Notes under the pieces: generated by a model
The model's database searches: none
What the model was told of the DNA's origin: nothing
What the model saw: the letters and a program-made list of their open reading frames with translations, nothing else
DNA from: an uncultured bacterium
GTDB taxonomy: Bacteria; Verrucomicrobiota; Verrucomicrobiia; Limisphaerales; UBA11358
DNA length: 64,000 bases
NCBI GenBank assembly: GCA_963708305.1
Contig: CAVPSH010000003.1
Coordinates: 319,957-383,956, forward strand
Reading direction: 5' to 3'
Shown: in pieces, positions 10,035-20,001 of the stretch
Position numbering within the stretch: position 1 is the stretch's first letter
How the letters are laid out: each line of letters starts with the position of its first letter
Position numbers and translations under genes: made by a program

Positions 10035-12233
10035 ATGATTCTCACGTCGGACGAATTGCACAGCCTGGTTGAGTTGACCCATCAGTCGCCGCACACGCTG
10101 CTCGGCATGCACCCGCTCGGCGATGGTTCGGGTCTTGTCGTTCGCGCTTTTTTGCCCGATGCCGCCAGGGTTGAAATCCATCCCACGCATGAAAAGGACA
10201 AGCCGAAGTTCGAGCTGAAGCGGCTTCCCAACACGGACATTTTCGAAGGCGTGGCCCGGCCGGTGAACAAGGTTTATGCCTACGATTTGGTCGTCACCAC
10301 GCATCAAGGCCAGCAGCGCCGGACGCGCGACGCATTTTCGTTTCTGCCGACGCTCAGCGAGTCGGATTTGTTTCTCTTTGGCAAGGGTGACGAGCGGCGA
10401 ATTTACGAGAAACTCGGCGCGCAATTGCGCGTCATTGACGGCGTCCACGGCACCAGTTTTGCCGTCTGGGCGCCGAATGCGCAACGCATCAGCGTCGTCG
10501 GCGATTTCAACCATTGGGATGGCCGCTTTCACCCGATGCGGCTGCTCGGCGCGTCCGGCGTCTGGGAAATTTTCGTTCCCGGCGTCGGCGAAGGCGCGCA
10601 TTACAAATTTGAGATTCGCGATGCCCGCGGAAACATCAAGTTGAAGACCGATCCGTACGGTTTTTTCTTTGAAGTGCCGCCGAAAAACGCCGCCATCGTC
10701 TGGAACAACCACAAATTCAAGTGGACGGATGACGCCTGGCTGAAACGCCGCCGGGAACAAGTGCCGCTCCGCTCGCCGATGAGCATTTACGAGGTGCATC
10801 TCGGTTCCTGGCGGAAGAAATCCGTGGGCGAATCGTTCAGCTATCGCGAGCTCGCCGCGCCCCTGGTGGAGTACGTCAAACGCATGGGATTCACGCATGT
10901 CGAATTTATGCCGGCGGCGGAACATGCCTTTTATCCGTCGTGGGGTTATCAGGTGACCGGTTTTTACGCGCCGACCAGCCGTTACGGCACGCCGGACGAT
11001 TTCCAATTTCTCGTCAACGCGCTGCACGAAGCGGGCATCGGCGTCATCATTGACTGGGTGCCGGCGCATTTTCCGCGCGACGATTGGGCGCTGGCGCGTT
11101 TCGACGGCACCGCGCTTTACGAACACGAGGACCCGCGCAAAGGCGCGCACCAGGATTGGGGCACGCTGATTTTCAATTACGGCCGCCATGAGGTGAGCAA
11201 TTTTCTCGTCGCCAACGCGCTGTTCTGGTGCGACCGCTTCCACATGGACGGCTTGCGCGTGGATGCCGTGGCTTCGATGCTTTACCTCGATTATTCGCGC
11301 AAGGAGGGCGAGTGGATTCCGAATCAATTCGGCGGGCGCGAAAATCTCGAGGCGATCGAGTTCCTGAAAAAATTCAACCATCTCACGCACACGGAATTTC
11401 CCGGCGTGATGACCATCGCCGAAGAATCCACCGCCTGGCCGCTGGTCACCCGGCCGCCGTATCTCGGCGGTCTCGGTTTCTCGTTCAAATGGAACATGGG
11501 CTGGATGCACGACACGCTCGGTTATTTCAGCCACGAACCGGTTCACCGCAAATATCATCAGAACGACCTCACCTTCGCGATGCTCTATCATCATCACGAG
11601 AACTTCATCCTGCCGCTCTCGCACGACGAGGTTGTTCACGGCAAAGGTTCGTTGATTGGCCGGATGCCGGGCGACGACTGGCAGAAATTCGCGAACCTCC
11701 GCGCGCTGCTCGCTTATCAATGGTTGTTTCCCGGCAAGAAACTCCTGTTCATGGGCGGTGAATTTGGCCAACGCGCCGAGTGGAATGAAAACGGCCAGCT
11801 CGATTGGTGGCTGCTCGACGCCGGTCCGTATCATCGCGGCCTGCAAAAATTCGTTGAAGACTTGAACCGGTTATACGCGGCGGCCCCTGGCCTCTGGCAA
11901 TCCGATTACGACCACGGCGGTTTTTATTGGATTGATTGCGCGGATCGTGACAACAGCGTTCTGTCTTTCGTCCGCCAGGCCGCCGACGGCTCCCACCCGC
12001 TGGCCGTAATTCTGAATCTGACACCGGTGTTGCGGGAAAAATACCGCGTCGGGCTGCCGCGCGCCGGCCAATGGCGTGAAAGGTTGAACAGCGATGCCGC
12101 CGTTTATGGCGGAGGCAATCAGGGAAATCTCGGTGGCGTCACGGCGGCAAACATTTCGTGCCACAACCTGCCTTGCTCGGCGGAGTTCCGCCTTCCACCG
12201 TTGAGTGCTTTGGTTTTTCAGCCGGAAGCTTAG
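10035..12233 (+). CDS. glgB: 1,4-alpha-glucan branching enzyme
   Basis: GH13 motifs GVIIDWVPAHF, HMDGLRVDAVASMLY, MTIAEESTAWP, LPLSHDEVVHGK. The ATG at 10035 is preferred over the ORF-track start at 9873, which overlaps coaE. Confidence 0.95.
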   Translation: MILTSDELHSLVELTHQSPHTLLGMHPLGDGSGLVVRAFLPDAARVEIHPTHEKDKPKFELKRLPNTDIFEGVARPVNKVYAYDLVVTTHQGQQRRTRDAFSFLPTLSESDLFLFGKGDERRIYEKLGAQLRVIDGVHGTSFAVWAPNAQRISVVGDFNHWDGRFHPMRLLGASGVWEIFVPGVGEGAHYKFEIRDARGNIKLKTDPYGFFFEVPPKNAAIVWNNHKFKWTDDAWLKRRREQVPLRSPMSIYEVHLGSWRKKSVGESFSYRELAAPLVEYVKRMGFTHVEFMPAAEHAFYPSWGYQVTGFYAPTSRYGTPDDFQFLVNALHEAGIGVIIDWVPAHFPRDDWALARFDGTALYEHEDPRKGAHQDWGTLIFNYGRHEVSNFLVANALFWCDRFHMDGLRVDAVASMLYLDYSRKEGEWIPNQFGGRENLEAIEFLKKFNHLTHTEFPGVMTIAEESTAWPLVTRPPYLGGLGFSFKWNMGWMHDTLGYFSHEPVHRKYHQNDLTFAMLYHHHENFILPLSHDEVVHGKGSLIGRMPGDDWQKFANLRALLAYQWLFPGKKLLFMGGEFGQRAEWNENGQLDWWLLDAGPYHRGLQKFVEDLNRLYAAAPGLWQSDYDHGGFYWIDCADRDNSVLSFVRQAADGSHPLAVILNLTPVLREKYRVGLPRAGQWRERLNSDAAVYGGGNQGNLGGVTAANISCHNLPCSAEFRLPPLSALVFQPEA

Positions 12234-12302
12234 AGTGATTTCAGAAATTCTGTAGCCACAACGCGGTTCCGAACTGGTCTGAAGCGCGAACAACGCAATG
12301 TC

Positions 12303-12345
12303 TTCTCCCTCTCCCCCACTTCGTGGCGGAGAGGGTCGGGGTGAG
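12303..12345. repeat. GGGGAGAGGG-type intergenic hairpin repeat
   Basis: CCCTCTCC (12307-14) pairs with GGAGAGGG (12328-35). Same family as 15219-15327 and 33366-33392. Confidence 0.7.
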
Positions 12346-12402
12346 CTGGTGCCAGGACTCAGAGGACGACTGTTTTACCGCGACACTTTTATTTAAACCG
12401 CC

Positions 12403-13092
12403 CTAGGGTGCGCGGAGGTTTTCGATTCCCGGCACGGCGCCGCTGCGCCGGTCAATTTGAAAATCCACTGTCCACCAGTGTACGGTAAAGCTGGTTTTGT
12501 CGGTCAAAGCAATGGCCTCCAGCATTCCCCATTCGGTCACGCCGCAGGCCGCGAAATTGTGGCGGTAAAAATGCCAGGAATCCGGTGTGTCTGAAAATGG
12601 CCGCAACCCAACGCTCAATTTTTTGTTCAAACCCGCCCGGACGTCATCCCAGCCGGCGTCAATGAAAACGACCCGGTCAGCAATGGATTTCATCTGCAAT
12701 TTTGTCGCGGTGGATTTGTTTTTTACAACCGCGATGACATTCGCTGGATCCTCGGTTGTGCGCAGCAACAGCAGAGGCGGCTGGAACGTGGCTTGGATAT
12801 AGGTTTGATTGGTCAACGCTATGACCACGTCCAGCAGCGATGGATTGGCGTTGGTCAGTTTCGCGTGCGCGCGGCGGAAAAAATACAATTCGTCCGTTGC
12901 GCCCGGCAAGAAAATGAGCGCCTTGACGACGGCGTTTGATTGAAACGCATTCAACATCAGCGATACGCAGTTCGACCGGTTCAATTCCGTCGCATTGGTC
13001 CCCAACGGCATCCGGCTCAATGCGTCCGGCCAGGTTTCCTGGGCAAGAACTGTCGTGCTTGCCGCCAGCCACGCGCTGATGGCCAATCGCAT
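12403..13092 (-). CDS. Hypothetical secreted protein
   Basis: ORF 12403-13197. The internal Met at 13092 gives a signal-like MRLAISAWLAASTTVLAQ. No recognisable motif. Confidence 0.5.
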   Translation of the reverse strand: MRLAISAWLAASTTVLAQETWPDALSRMPLGTNATELNRSNCVSLMLNAFQSNAVVKALIFLPGATDELYFFRRAHAKLTNANPSLLDVVIALTNQTYIQATFQPPLLLLRTTEDPANVIAVVKNKSTATKLQMKSIADRVVFIDAGWDDVRAGLNKKLSVGLRPFSDTPDSWHFYRHNFAACGVTEWGMLEAIALTDKTSFTVHWWTVDFQIDRRSGAVPGIENLRAP

Positions 13093-13193
13093 CGCGATTC
13101 TTATGGCAGCGGCGGTCTGTGGCCGCCGCACATTTCCCGGACATCTCAAGGTAATCCGACGCTCACAGAGCGCCGCTACAATATTTTGCCGGC

Positions 13194-13796
13194 TCATAAT
13201 GACAATTGGACGATTCGTTCCTGAACCTGGCCGCTCCAGCGGTTAAAATAGCCGAACAAACGATAAAGCTCCTCGAGCCGGTTCAACAAGACCGTTCGTT
13301 CGCCGGTTGGGGACACCCACGAGGCATCCAGCGATTTCAATTCTTCGATCAAATTGCCCCGCAACCCGGCAAGCGTGGTTTGCAGGGTGCGCAGCGGCTC
13401 GACCCATTCCTGTGCCTGCTCAAACAGTCGGACTTGCAACAGCGGCGATGTCGCCTTGCTTTTTTTAGCCAGAAAATCATCAGCGTTCCGGCAGGCCGCC
13501 GCCACCTCGGTAAAAAGATCAACCAGCTCGGGCGGGATCTGCTGGATGCCTTTGGGCTTCACACCCCATTCCAGTTCCAGCAAATGCAGCAACCGTGATT
13601 TGGGCTCGGCGAGACAATGATAGGCTGTGTTTAACTCTGCATAATGCCGATTGGCCGCGTTTTTTTTAAATTCGTCGGCGTTGTGAACGCGGTCGGGATG
13701 GATGTTTGCCGCCCGCGCCAGAAATTTTTGCTTTAGCGAATCGGGATCAAGCCACGGACGGCGCGGCTCTCCCAGCAAAGTGAAATAGTCAGTCAT
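13194..13796 (-). CDS. J-domain co-chaperone, HscB-like (Fe-S cluster assembly)
   Basis: N-terminal DYFTLLG...L..KF......HPD J-domain pattern, helical C-terminal half. Lies directly downstream of the IscA-family gene. Confidence 0.7.
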   Translation of the reverse strand: MTDYFTLLGEPRRPWLDPDSLKQKFLARAANIHPDRVHNADEFKKNAANRHYAELNTAYHCLAEPKSRLLHLLELEWGVKPKGIQQIPPELVDLFTEVAAACRNADDFLAKKSKATSPLLQVRLFEQAQEWVEPLRTLQTTLAGLRGNLIEELKSLDASWVSPTGERTVLLNRLEELYRLFGYFNRWSGQVQERIVQLSL

Positions 13797-13876
13797 TAAT
13801 TCGGAGGGGCGAGTTCTATAAGCCCCTGATTTTTAACTTTTTGGACTCGCAGAGCTCGTCCCTCCGAAATTTATTT

Positions 13877-14260
13877 TCACGCGCTGAAACTCTCGCCGCA
13901 CGAACAGCTCGTCGCGGCGTTCGGGTTTTTTACCTTGAATCCGCCATCCAGTGCGTCGAGGTAATCCAGTTCGCTGCCGGTGACATAAAGTGCGCTCTTG
14001 GGGTCCACCACCACGCGCACGCCGCCGCTCTCGACGAGGATGTCGCGATTGGCCGGGTTGTCCTGCAAATCCATTTTGTATTGCAGACCGGAGCAACCGC
14101 CGCCGACTACGGCCACGCGCAACACGCCATTGGGCCGGCCTTGCCTGGTCAGCAACGCCGTGACTTTTTGCGCCGCGCTCGGCGTGAGTTTGACCAGCCG
14201 TTCGTCGCCGACGCGGAAGTTCGGCTGGGCGGACTGGGTTTGGGTCGTTCTTGCAATCAT
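13877..14260 (-). CDS. IscA/ErpA (HesB) family iron-sulfur cluster insertion protein
   Basis: LRVAVVGGGCSGLQY... and C-terminal SCSCGESF cysteine motif. 127 aa. Confidence 0.9.
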   Translation of the reverse strand: MIARTTQTQSAQPNFRVGDERLVKLTPSAAQKVTALLTRQGRPNGVLRVAVVGGGCSGLQYKMDLQDNPANRDILVESGGVRVVVDPKSALYVTGSELDYLDALDGGFKVKNPNAATSCSCGESFSA

Positions 14261-14312
14261 TCGTCCTGCGACAAGTTAGCCGTCGCTGGCGTCAGCGTCA
14301 ACGCGTCCGGTC

Positions 14313-14419
14313 TCTTAATCTTGCTCTTAATCATTATCTTAATCTTCCCGGTGATTATTAAGAACAGGATTAAGATTAAGTGGAACAGAAAATCTGTGTT
14401 TCATCTGTGTTCATCTGTG
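14313..14419. repeat. Intergenic oligomer arrays: CTTAATC units facing GATTAAG units, then tandem CATCTGTGTT
   Basis: tctCTTAATCttgctCTTAATCattatCTTAATCtt...aGGATTAAGATTAAG, followed by ctgtgttcatctgtgttcatctgtgg. Confidence 0.7.
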
Positions 14420-14434
14420 GTTTAAAATGTCGGC

Positions 14435-15187
14435 GTGAAACTGATTTCCTGGAACGTCAATGGCCTGCGCGCCGTGTTGAAGAAAAACTTCCTCGATTAT
14501 CTCGATGCCGAGAAGCCCGATGTGCTTTGCTTGCAGGAAACCAAATGTCGTCCGGATGATGTCGAACAACTTTGGCCGGCGACTTATACGACTTATTGGA
14601 ACAGTGCGGAAAAGAAAGGCTATTCCGGGACGGCGATTTTTGCCAAAACCCGCCCGCTGAAGGTCATTCCGCATATTGAGATTGCCGAGCACGACAGGGA
14701 AGGGCGCGTGCTGGCCGCTGAGTTCGCGGATTTTTTTCTGGTAAACGTTTATGTGCCCAACGCCAAACGGGATTTGTCACGGTTGACGTATCGCCAAAAG
14801 TGGGACCGTGACTTTTTGAATTATTTGAAGAAATTGGAGAAGAAAAAGCCGGTGGTTTTCTGTGGCGACCTCAACGTGGCGCACACGGAAATTGATCTGG
14901 CCAATCCGAAGGCCAACATCCACAACCACGGCTTTACACCGGAGGAACGCGCCGGGTTCGAGGCCTTTGTGAAGGCCGGCTTCCTCGACACTTTTCGCGA
15001 ATTTGAGAAAGGCAAGGGACATTACACCTGGTGGAGCCAGATGGGCGGCGCGCGCTCGCGCAATGTCGGCTGGCGCATTGATTATTTTCTGATTTCAAAA
15101 TCACTGCGTCCACGCCTCAAGCGCGCGTTCATTCAGCCGCAAATAGAAGATTCGGATCATTGTCCCGTCGGCATCGAGTTGGCTTGA
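14435..15187 (+). CDS. xth: Exodeoxyribonuclease III
   Basis: MKLISWNVNGLRA...PDVLCLQETK...SDHCPV, the EEP/ExoIII signature. 250 aa. Confidence 0.95.
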   Translation: MKLISWNVNGLRAVLKKNFLDYLDAEKPDVLCLQETKCRPDDVEQLWPATYTTYWNSAEKKGYSGTAIFAKTRPLKVIPHIEIAEHDREGRVLAAEFADFFLVNVYVPNAKRDLSRLTYRQKWDRDFLNYLKKLEKKKPVVFCGDLNVAHTEIDLANPKANIHNHGFTPEERAGFEAFVKAGFLDTFREFEKGKGHYTWWSQMGGARSRNVGWRIDYFLISKSLRPRLKRAFIQPQIEDSDHCPVGIELA

Positions 15188-15218
15188 GAAAGGGTGTGAC
15201 TTGATACTGTTCGTATTT

Positions 15219-15327
15219 TCTCCCTCTCCTCCGGGAAGGGAGGAGACGGCTGGGGGTGAGGAGGTCCATTGTTTCTCGGCTCAAATCCCCTCACCCCGCC
15301 CCTCTCCCCGCTTGGGCGGGGAGGGGG
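15219..15327. repeat. Composite GGGGAGAGGG-type hairpin repeats (2-3 nested hairpins)
   Basis: TCTCCTCC/GGAGGAGA; GGGGTGAGG/CCTCACCCC; CCCCTCTCCCCGC ttgg GCGGGGAGGGGG. The ORF-track 15269-15973 N-terminus LSPLGRGGG is just a translation of this repeat. Confidence 0.75.
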
Positions 15328-15431
15328 AGTCAGGACAGTGTCAGGGGGGCGCCTGGATGAGAAAAATAAAAATAATTTAGCTCGCGCAATCTTTCTGCCG
15401 GACTTATTCTCACAATGGTATCAGCCATTTT

Positions 15432-16925
15432 TTGATGAAAATACTTCTCATCAGCCCGAAGACGCCCGATACGTTCTGGAGTTTCAAGCATGCCTTGCGG
15501 TTCGTTTCTCGAAAGGCCGCCATGGCGCCGCTGGGATTGCTGACGGTGGCGGCGATGCTGCCGCCGGAATGGGAACTCAAGCTGGTGGACCTCAACGTCA
15601 GACGGCTCAAGGACGAGGACCTGCGCTGGGCGGATTACGTGCTGCTGGGCGCGATGATCGTGCAAAAGGAATCCGTCCGCGAAATTATCGCGCGGTGCGC
15701 GGCCTTGAGGAAAACTGTCATTGCCGGCGGGCCGCTGTTTACCACCGGCCACGAAACGTTCCCCGAAATTCAGCACTTCGTTCTCGGCGAAGCCGAGGAA
15801 GTGATGCCGCAGGTCGTGGCCGACATGAAGAACGGCCGGCTGCAGCCCATTTATCGCGCCACCCACCGGCCGGACATCACCCGGACGCCGGCGCCGCGCT
15901 GGGACCTCATCAATTTCCGGCATTACGTGACCATGTCCGTGCAATTCTCGCGCGGCTGCCCGTTCGATTGTGAATTTTGCGACATCATCGTGATGAACGG
16001 GCGCGTGCCCCGCACGAAAACACCGGCCCAGTTGATTGCCGAATTGGACGCGTTGTGCCGGCGCGGCTGGAAGGACATGGTTTTTATCGTGGACGACAAT
16101 TTCATCGGCAACAAACAGCGGACCAAGGAGCTGTTGCACGCACTAATCGAATGGCGGCGGCGCACGCGGCCCCGCATCGGATTTCTCACCGAAGCGTCCA
16201 TGAACCTGGCCGATGATCCGGAATTGTGCGCGCTGATGGTGGAGGCCGGTTTCAAAAAGGTTTTTGTCGGCATCGAGACGCCTTCCGTCGAGGCGCTGGA
16301 GGAATGCCACAAGCTCCAAAACCGGAACCGCGACCTCGTGGCTTCGGTGCAAACGCTCCAACGCGCCGGCTTGGAGGTCATGGCCGGATTCATTGTCGGG
16401 TTCGACAGCGACAAAAGCGACATCTTCAAGCGGCAGTTTGACTTCATCCAGCGTTCCGGCGTGGCGACGGCGATGGTGGGGTTGCTGAACGCGCTGCCGC
16501 AAACGCGATTGTGGCAACGGTTGAAACGCGAAGGACGGCTGGAAACCGAAAGTACCGGCAACAACACCGACGCCGCGTTGAACTTCGAACCCAAATTAAA
16601 CCGCGACTTCCTGCAATCCGGCTACCGCGAACTGGTGAAGAAACTCTACGAGCCGCGCAACTATTACCAGCGCATCCGGACGTTTCTCAAGAGCCATCGT
16701 TCGAAGGGGCCGCGCCTGCGCTTGTCCGGGGCGGACTTGGTGGCGTTTCTGAAATCCTTTTGGGTGCTGGGCGTGTGGCACCGGGGGCGTGTGGGCTATT
16801 GGCGGCTGTTCTGGGGCACGCTCATCCGGCATCCGCGCCAGTTCCCGCAAGCCATCGAACTCGCCATCCTCGGCTACCACTTCCGCCGCGTCGCCAATTC
16901 GCTGCAAGTCCGGGATGATAGATGA
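15432..16925 (+). CDS. B12-binding-domain radical SAM enzyme with a DUF4070-like C-terminus
   Basis: N-terminal cobalamin-binding-like domain (ILLISP...LGLLTVAAMLP). Radical SAM CPFDCEFC (CxxxCxxC) at about aa 176-183. 497 aa. Confidence 0.85.
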   Translation: MMKILLISPKTPDTFWSFKHALRFVSRKAAMAPLGLLTVAAMLPPEWELKLVDLNVRRLKDEDLRWADYVLLGAMIVQKESVREIIARCAALRKTVIAGGPLFTTGHETFPEIQHFVLGEAEEVMPQVVADMKNGRLQPIYRATHRPDITRTPAPRWDLINFRHYVTMSVQFSRGCPFDCEFCDIIVMNGRVPRTKTPAQLIAELDALCRRGWKDMVFIVDDNFIGNKQRTKELLHALIEWRRRTRPRIGFLTEASMNLADDPELCALMVEAGFKKVFVGIETPSVEALEECHKLQNRNRDLVASVQTLQRAGLEVMAGFIVGFDSDKSDIFKRQFDFIQRSGVATAMVGLLNALPQTRLWQRLKREGRLETESTGNNTDAALNFEPKLNRDFLQSGYRELVKKLYEPRNYYQRIRTFLKSHRSKGPRLRLSGADLVAFLKSFWVLGVWHRGRVGYWRLFWGTLIRHPRQFPQAIELAILGYHFRRVANSLQVRDDR

Positions 16926-16951
16926 CGCGGCCAGTGCTCTTCAAAAAATAG

Positions 16952-17027
16952 GTAGCCGCCGACGTCAGTCGGCGCAAATCGAATAATGGCGAATGATGAT
17001 ATGGCGCGAACTGACGTTCGCGGCTAC
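16952..17027. repeat. Long imperfect hairpin between convergent genes (possible bidirectional terminator or repeat element)
   Basis: GTAGCCGCCGACGTCAGTCGGCGC (16952-75) faces GCGCGAACTGACGTTCGCGGCTAC (17004-27). 24-nt arms, 28-nt AT-rich loop. Confidence 0.6.
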
Positions 17028-17075
17028 AGAATTAATTAAATTGTTCTGACTCGTTACGCTTGGCTCATGTGGCAA

Positions 17076-18209
17076 TCATGGTTGTCGCGCTCCGGGAGGT
17101 TGTTCCGGCTTCAGACGGGATGACTCGTAGTGATAACGTTGCATCGCAAATGGACAGGCGGCCTCGACAAGGTCCATCTGGACATAAGCTGGATTGCGGT
17201 GATGGACTTTTCCAATGCGGGCAAATTTTTCGATGAACCGGCTGTTGGAATTCTCGAACGGGGGCAACTCGCAAAAAGCCAGAATGCGGTCGATTTCATT
17301 CCGCGGGTTTTCAAGAATGTCTTCATACCGGACCTCGAGCAGATAGGGAAGCGTGCCTTTGATGGCGTCCATCAGGCGGGCGCTTTCCTCGCACAAGCCC
17401 GCGGTGGTGCGGATGTCATCCGGTCCGAATTGATCCAACAGCACCTTCAGTCCGGGCAGTCGGGGATACGGAACAAAGGGCCTTCCGCCACCGGTTTTCA
17501 GGCCATTGGCTCGAAGCCGGTCAAGTTGCTGCGCACAAAGCCTGTGTAATTTCAGCATGGAATTGGCATTCATGCGTGGATCGCGAACAAGATGAATGAT
17601 GCGAACGTCCGGGAAAAGTTCCACGAGCACCGGCAGGTGAGGAATGAACGCCGGATTCTTGCAGAAGAAGCGTTTGCCTTCCCCGCCAAAGCACCAGAGA
17701 ACGCGTCTTACCGATTCATGCACATGACGGATTTCATCCGGAGAGAAATCGGCCCACGCGCGATGCGTGCAGGTCACTTCGTAGGGATCCTCGCGAAACC
17801 AGTCCGCCCAGATGGCGACGGGGTCGGACGGGCTGGTGGCTTCAACCTCGACACTGTCGCCCAGGAACCGCTCCTCCCGAAAGTTGAGCTTGAAGCGACG
17901 TCTCAGCATCTCCGCCCCGCAAAAACAGGTGCGGAAAATATGCATGGTGTGGGTGATGTAGGCGAGGTCCGGATGTGTGCAAAGCAGGTCTTGCAACATG
18001 GAAGAGCCGGATCGCGGCATTGAGGCAAGGAATATCGGCCGGTCGATGACGATGCCGGAAGTGCTGATTTTCAGAACCGAGCGTTCATACCACGTGAGAA
18101 AACGGTTTATGGCGCGGGATGGTTTTTCGGGAATGACCCATTGATTCCTGGAAAATGCCGCCAAGAAGATGCGGGACAGAAGATTCGGAAACCAGGGCGG
18201 CTCGTTCAT
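17076..18209 (-). CDS. Sulfotransferase family protein
   Basis: PAPS 5'-phosphosulfate loop-like ASMPRSGSSMLQDLL and ...VRYEDILENP. 377 aa. Confidence 0.75.
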   Translation of the reverse strand: MNEPPWFPNLLSRIFLAAFSRNQWVIPEKPSRAINRFLTWYERSVLKISTSGIVIDRPIFLASMPRSGSSMLQDLLCTHPDLAYITHTMHIFRTCFCGAEMLRRRFKLNFREERFLGDSVEVEATSPSDPVAIWADWFREDPYEVTCTHRAWADFSPDEIRHVHESVRRVLWCFGGEGKRFFCKNPAFIPHLPVLVELFPDVRIIHLVRDPRMNANSMLKLHRLCAQQLDRLRANGLKTGGGRPFVPYPRLPGLKVLLDQFGPDDIRTTAGLCEESARLMDAIKGTLPYLLEVRYEDILENPRNEIDRILAFCELPPFENSNSRFIEKFARIGKVHHRNPAYVQMDLVEAACPFAMQRYHYESSRLKPEQPPGARQP

Positions 18210-18346
18210 GCCTTTCTTATAGTCGCTGCGAGTCGGTCCACAAAATTAAAACGGATTGGAATTTGCTTTTGGACGCATCTTGACGCTTGACCGCCGCCCT
18301 GATGGGTCACCCCTCGGTGACAATGTGGACTCGAAATCGGCTGAGA

Positions 18347-19792
<1,446 letters not shown>

Positions 19793-20001
19793 TTTCGCGC
19801 TGCAACATAACGGATTTGGGGCGGACGAACAGTGAATTTTGCAGGCGGATGGTGCTGGGGGGGCGCAACTTGACACTGCCGCTGTGCCATTGCGGTGTCA
19901 GCGGAACGCCGGTCTCCGATCCGGCGTGTTTCCAGACACAATGTCCCTGCCAGCCGGGCTGGAGGCCGGCGCTCCGGCGGCAGCGTTAAATTGTGCCGGC
20001 G

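Noticed and set aside
10020-11846. 608-aa ORF antisense to glgB. Similar long antisense ORFs: 29304-30785 (493 aa), 18653-19810 (385 aa), 24055-25251 (398 aa), 50332-51387 (351 aa), 56864-57805 (313 aa), 15330-16139, 53769-54344.
   Set aside because: Each lies opposite a gene with textbook-conserved motifs. Their translations are Arg/Gly/Pro/His-rich low-information sequence, typical of stop-poor antisense frames in GC-rich DNA.
15269-15973. 234-aa ORF starting MFLGSNPLTPPLSPLGRGGG.
   Set aside because: The N-terminus is a translation of the GGGGAGAGGG hairpin repeat. The rest overlaps the radical-SAM gene out of frame and is Arg/Ala/Gly-rich nonsense.
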